A stretch of 62,693 nucleotides of DNA, counting the filler, from Basidiobolus ranarum (lineage: Eukaryota), in assembly GCA_040143965.1 (NCBI GenBank). It is 36 parts of 36 records of this genome, joined end to end, with 100 filler letters (N's around TTAATTAATTAA, not from the genome) between each part and the next. Parts side by side here need not be neighbours in the genome. Positions count along the whole stretch, not along the records: positions 59,321 to 60,957 come from JASJQH010004658.1; positions 61,058 to 62,693 come from JASJQH010004659.1; 34 more parts are not named here. One strand, 5' to 3'. The translations under genes were made by a program, and so were the position numbers. The notes below the pieces were generated by a model, which was not told where the DNA came from, did no database searches, and was given only the letters and a program-made list of their open reading frames with translations. Of the stretch, positions 60,735 to 62,693 are shown one piece after another. Positions within the stretch are counted from its first letter, which is position 1. The number at the start of each line of letters is the position of its first letter.

Positions 60735-60957
60735 GATAGTAGAAGAGTTCAATATGTAGTAGTTGAGAAGCCCAAGATTAGAATTATGATAGTATCCCCT
60801 CCTTTAGTGATGGCTTCCAGACATCATAGGGCTAGGTTTTTCAGGGTAGGCTTCATGAAACCCCTAGCAAAGTTCCTTAGAATTGCAGAGATTTGTTGCT
60901 GGCTCCCATGATTTATCATTTGTGGAGTATCCCTTCCAGTCCACTAAATATTGCAGT
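60735..60957 (-). mobile_element. Gypsy family 1 chromodomain end, purine tract and start of LTR family D
   Basis: [28 protein letters not shown] followed by a decayed match to 24866-24925, which links LTR D to family 1. Confidence 0.8.
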
Positions 60958-61057
60958 NNNNNNNNNNNNNNNNNNNNNNNNNNNNNNNNNNNNNNNNNNN
61001 NTTAATTAATTAANNNNNNNNNNNNNNNNNNNNNNNNNNNNNNNNNNNNNNNNNNNN

Positions 61058-61432
61058 TGATGGAGATATTGACACAAACTTGTGTTGGGTATGAGCTAAA
61101 CCTTGGGTATGAAGAACTCTATAAAAATATTCAGGAGAATGTATCAAAGAAACTAGAGATTTCAAAGATGACAAATTAGTGTTCAAGTGGTAATTGTGTA
61201 AAATTTGAGTTACGTTTTTTTGCACATGTGTTGATCCATAGTTCTCTGAGATTTTAGCCAATTGTTTGCAACTATTTTGCGAGATCTTGAAATTTCACTC
61301 CCATAACTGAAAAAATTGATTAAAATCAAATCTAACTTGACAATTTTATAATGGTAAGTAGACAGTCAATCTACAATGTATTAAAGGTGTGATGGTTTTC
61401 CTACAATAACAATCCTCAAATTTCTGTTAGGG
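61058..61432 (+). mobile_element. CACTA-like left terminus
   Basis: Ends ATTTCTGTTAGGG at 61432. Confidence 0.75.
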
Positions 61433-62620
61433 ATCATAAACTTGTTTTGTGGGCAATAAAATGTTTATAAGAAACTAAAACCTCAAATTAAACATAAAGT
61501 CACAAGAAGCCATTGCATCAGTAAATATTGAAGTCACTGTTTTAATGAATGAAATGGAATGTACTACAATATGTACCACTGATTATGATATCATGGTTAT
61601 GTTTATTAAGAGCCTGCCACCCCATTCTCATAGTCTAACAATGGCTCTTAAACCAAGAACTGAGAATTTGACCCTAAATTATGTATTAGGCAGACTCCTA
61701 GATAAAGTTTTATTTGAATTAGGAACTAACCAGCAGAATGCACAAATGCTCAATAGGCTTTGAGATATTTCCTCTCAAAGTCAAAGGTGCTTGAATAACA
61801 AAAGCAACCCATTCTGTTATTTGTATAAAAGAACTGATCATCTAAGTGAATATCTTGTAAATGAATTACAGAAGAAGAAAAATGTAATAAATCTGGAAAT
61901 GTGATTATGATTGAATCTCACTTGTTCCTGACTACTACCTGTATGTCCACCAACAAGAGTTTACAGAAGTGGTATATAGATTCCCAAGGCTCCCAACATT
62001 TCAAAATTGAAAAATATTGGTTTCTGGATTATGAAGAGATCCAAATTAGAATAATTTTCATGGGAGATGATAACACCTTGAAATCCATTGGAATATGAAC
62101 AATTCAAGTCAATTTAAATATTACTGCTGAAGAGAAAAGTTATACTTTCATGAATCTACTGCATGGTCCCAATATTACCAAGAAATGAATAACTTTATAC
62201 AAGGCCACCAAAGATGGCCTAGAGTAAAATTATAATAAGTCTGGATGCACTATCACTGCTGAAAATGATATTATTCAGCTTTGGGGCAAAGGGATTAGAG
62301 CTTGTACAAATTTGTGATATAAATATAAGTTGTTCCGATTAAAAAGCTATTCAATTGTGACAGAATTAATTTAGCCTTATTCAAATATATTGCTTGAGCA
62401 AGATAATAAATACACTTAGCTCAGTGAGATTGGGTTTACAAAAGAGTTAACCAAAACACATTCAAATTGCTAAGATCTAAAATGATGGCCAAAGTATATC
62501 TCAGAACTGTTGGTCAGAATCAGTTGCTACAGCTGTATATCTGAAGACTAGTAGTCACACAAGAAGTTTGTAAAACTTTACACCATACCTAGGTTGATTT
62601 GGAGCTAAACCAGAGACAAA
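61433..62620 (+). pseudogene. Highly decayed Copia gag-pol
   Basis: SLP....L.MAL..R...LTL.YV..RLL, WYIDS.GSQH, IFMGDD, WSESVATAVYL. Confidence 0.8.
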
Positions 62621-62693
62621 ATGTGACCTATCCTGGGTTCTTGCAAGCAAATGGCAATTGGGCTAGTATAGGCCTATTCACGAAACATCTCAA

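Overview
This window is not one contiguous locus. It is 36 unrelated contigs of 1650 to 1636 bp, sorted by decreasing length and joined by artificial 100-bp spacers (N44-TTAATTAATTAA-N44), so nothing across a spacer is linked. The source is a repeat-rich eukaryote. Short GT-AG introns and the gene content suggest an early-diverging fungus (Basidiobolus-like; inference only). About two thirds of the contigs are decayed, CpG-depleted, nested transposon fragments: two Ty1/Copia families with half-tRNA(iMet)-type primer sites, two Ty3/Gypsy chromovirus families, a CACTA/EnSpm-like element that can be rebuilt with divergent ORFs and CCCTAACA(G/A)AAAT termini, and a DDE_Tnp_4 (PIF/Harbinger/ISL2-like) element. 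Most of the remaining contigs carry host gene fragments: a tandemly repeated secreted bacterial-type CHAP peptidoglycan hydrolase (the most notable item), a Gly/Tyr-rich elastomer-like protein, a TauD pseudogene, a Sel1-repeat protein, an LRR plus Cys-rich protein, an FG-nucleoporin, a complete synaptobrevin gene between two convergent glycine decarboxylase 3' ends, an AIF/AMID-like oxidoreductase and a small hyperacidic protein. All calls come from reading the sequence by eye; no database searches were run, and boundaries of decayed elements are approximate.
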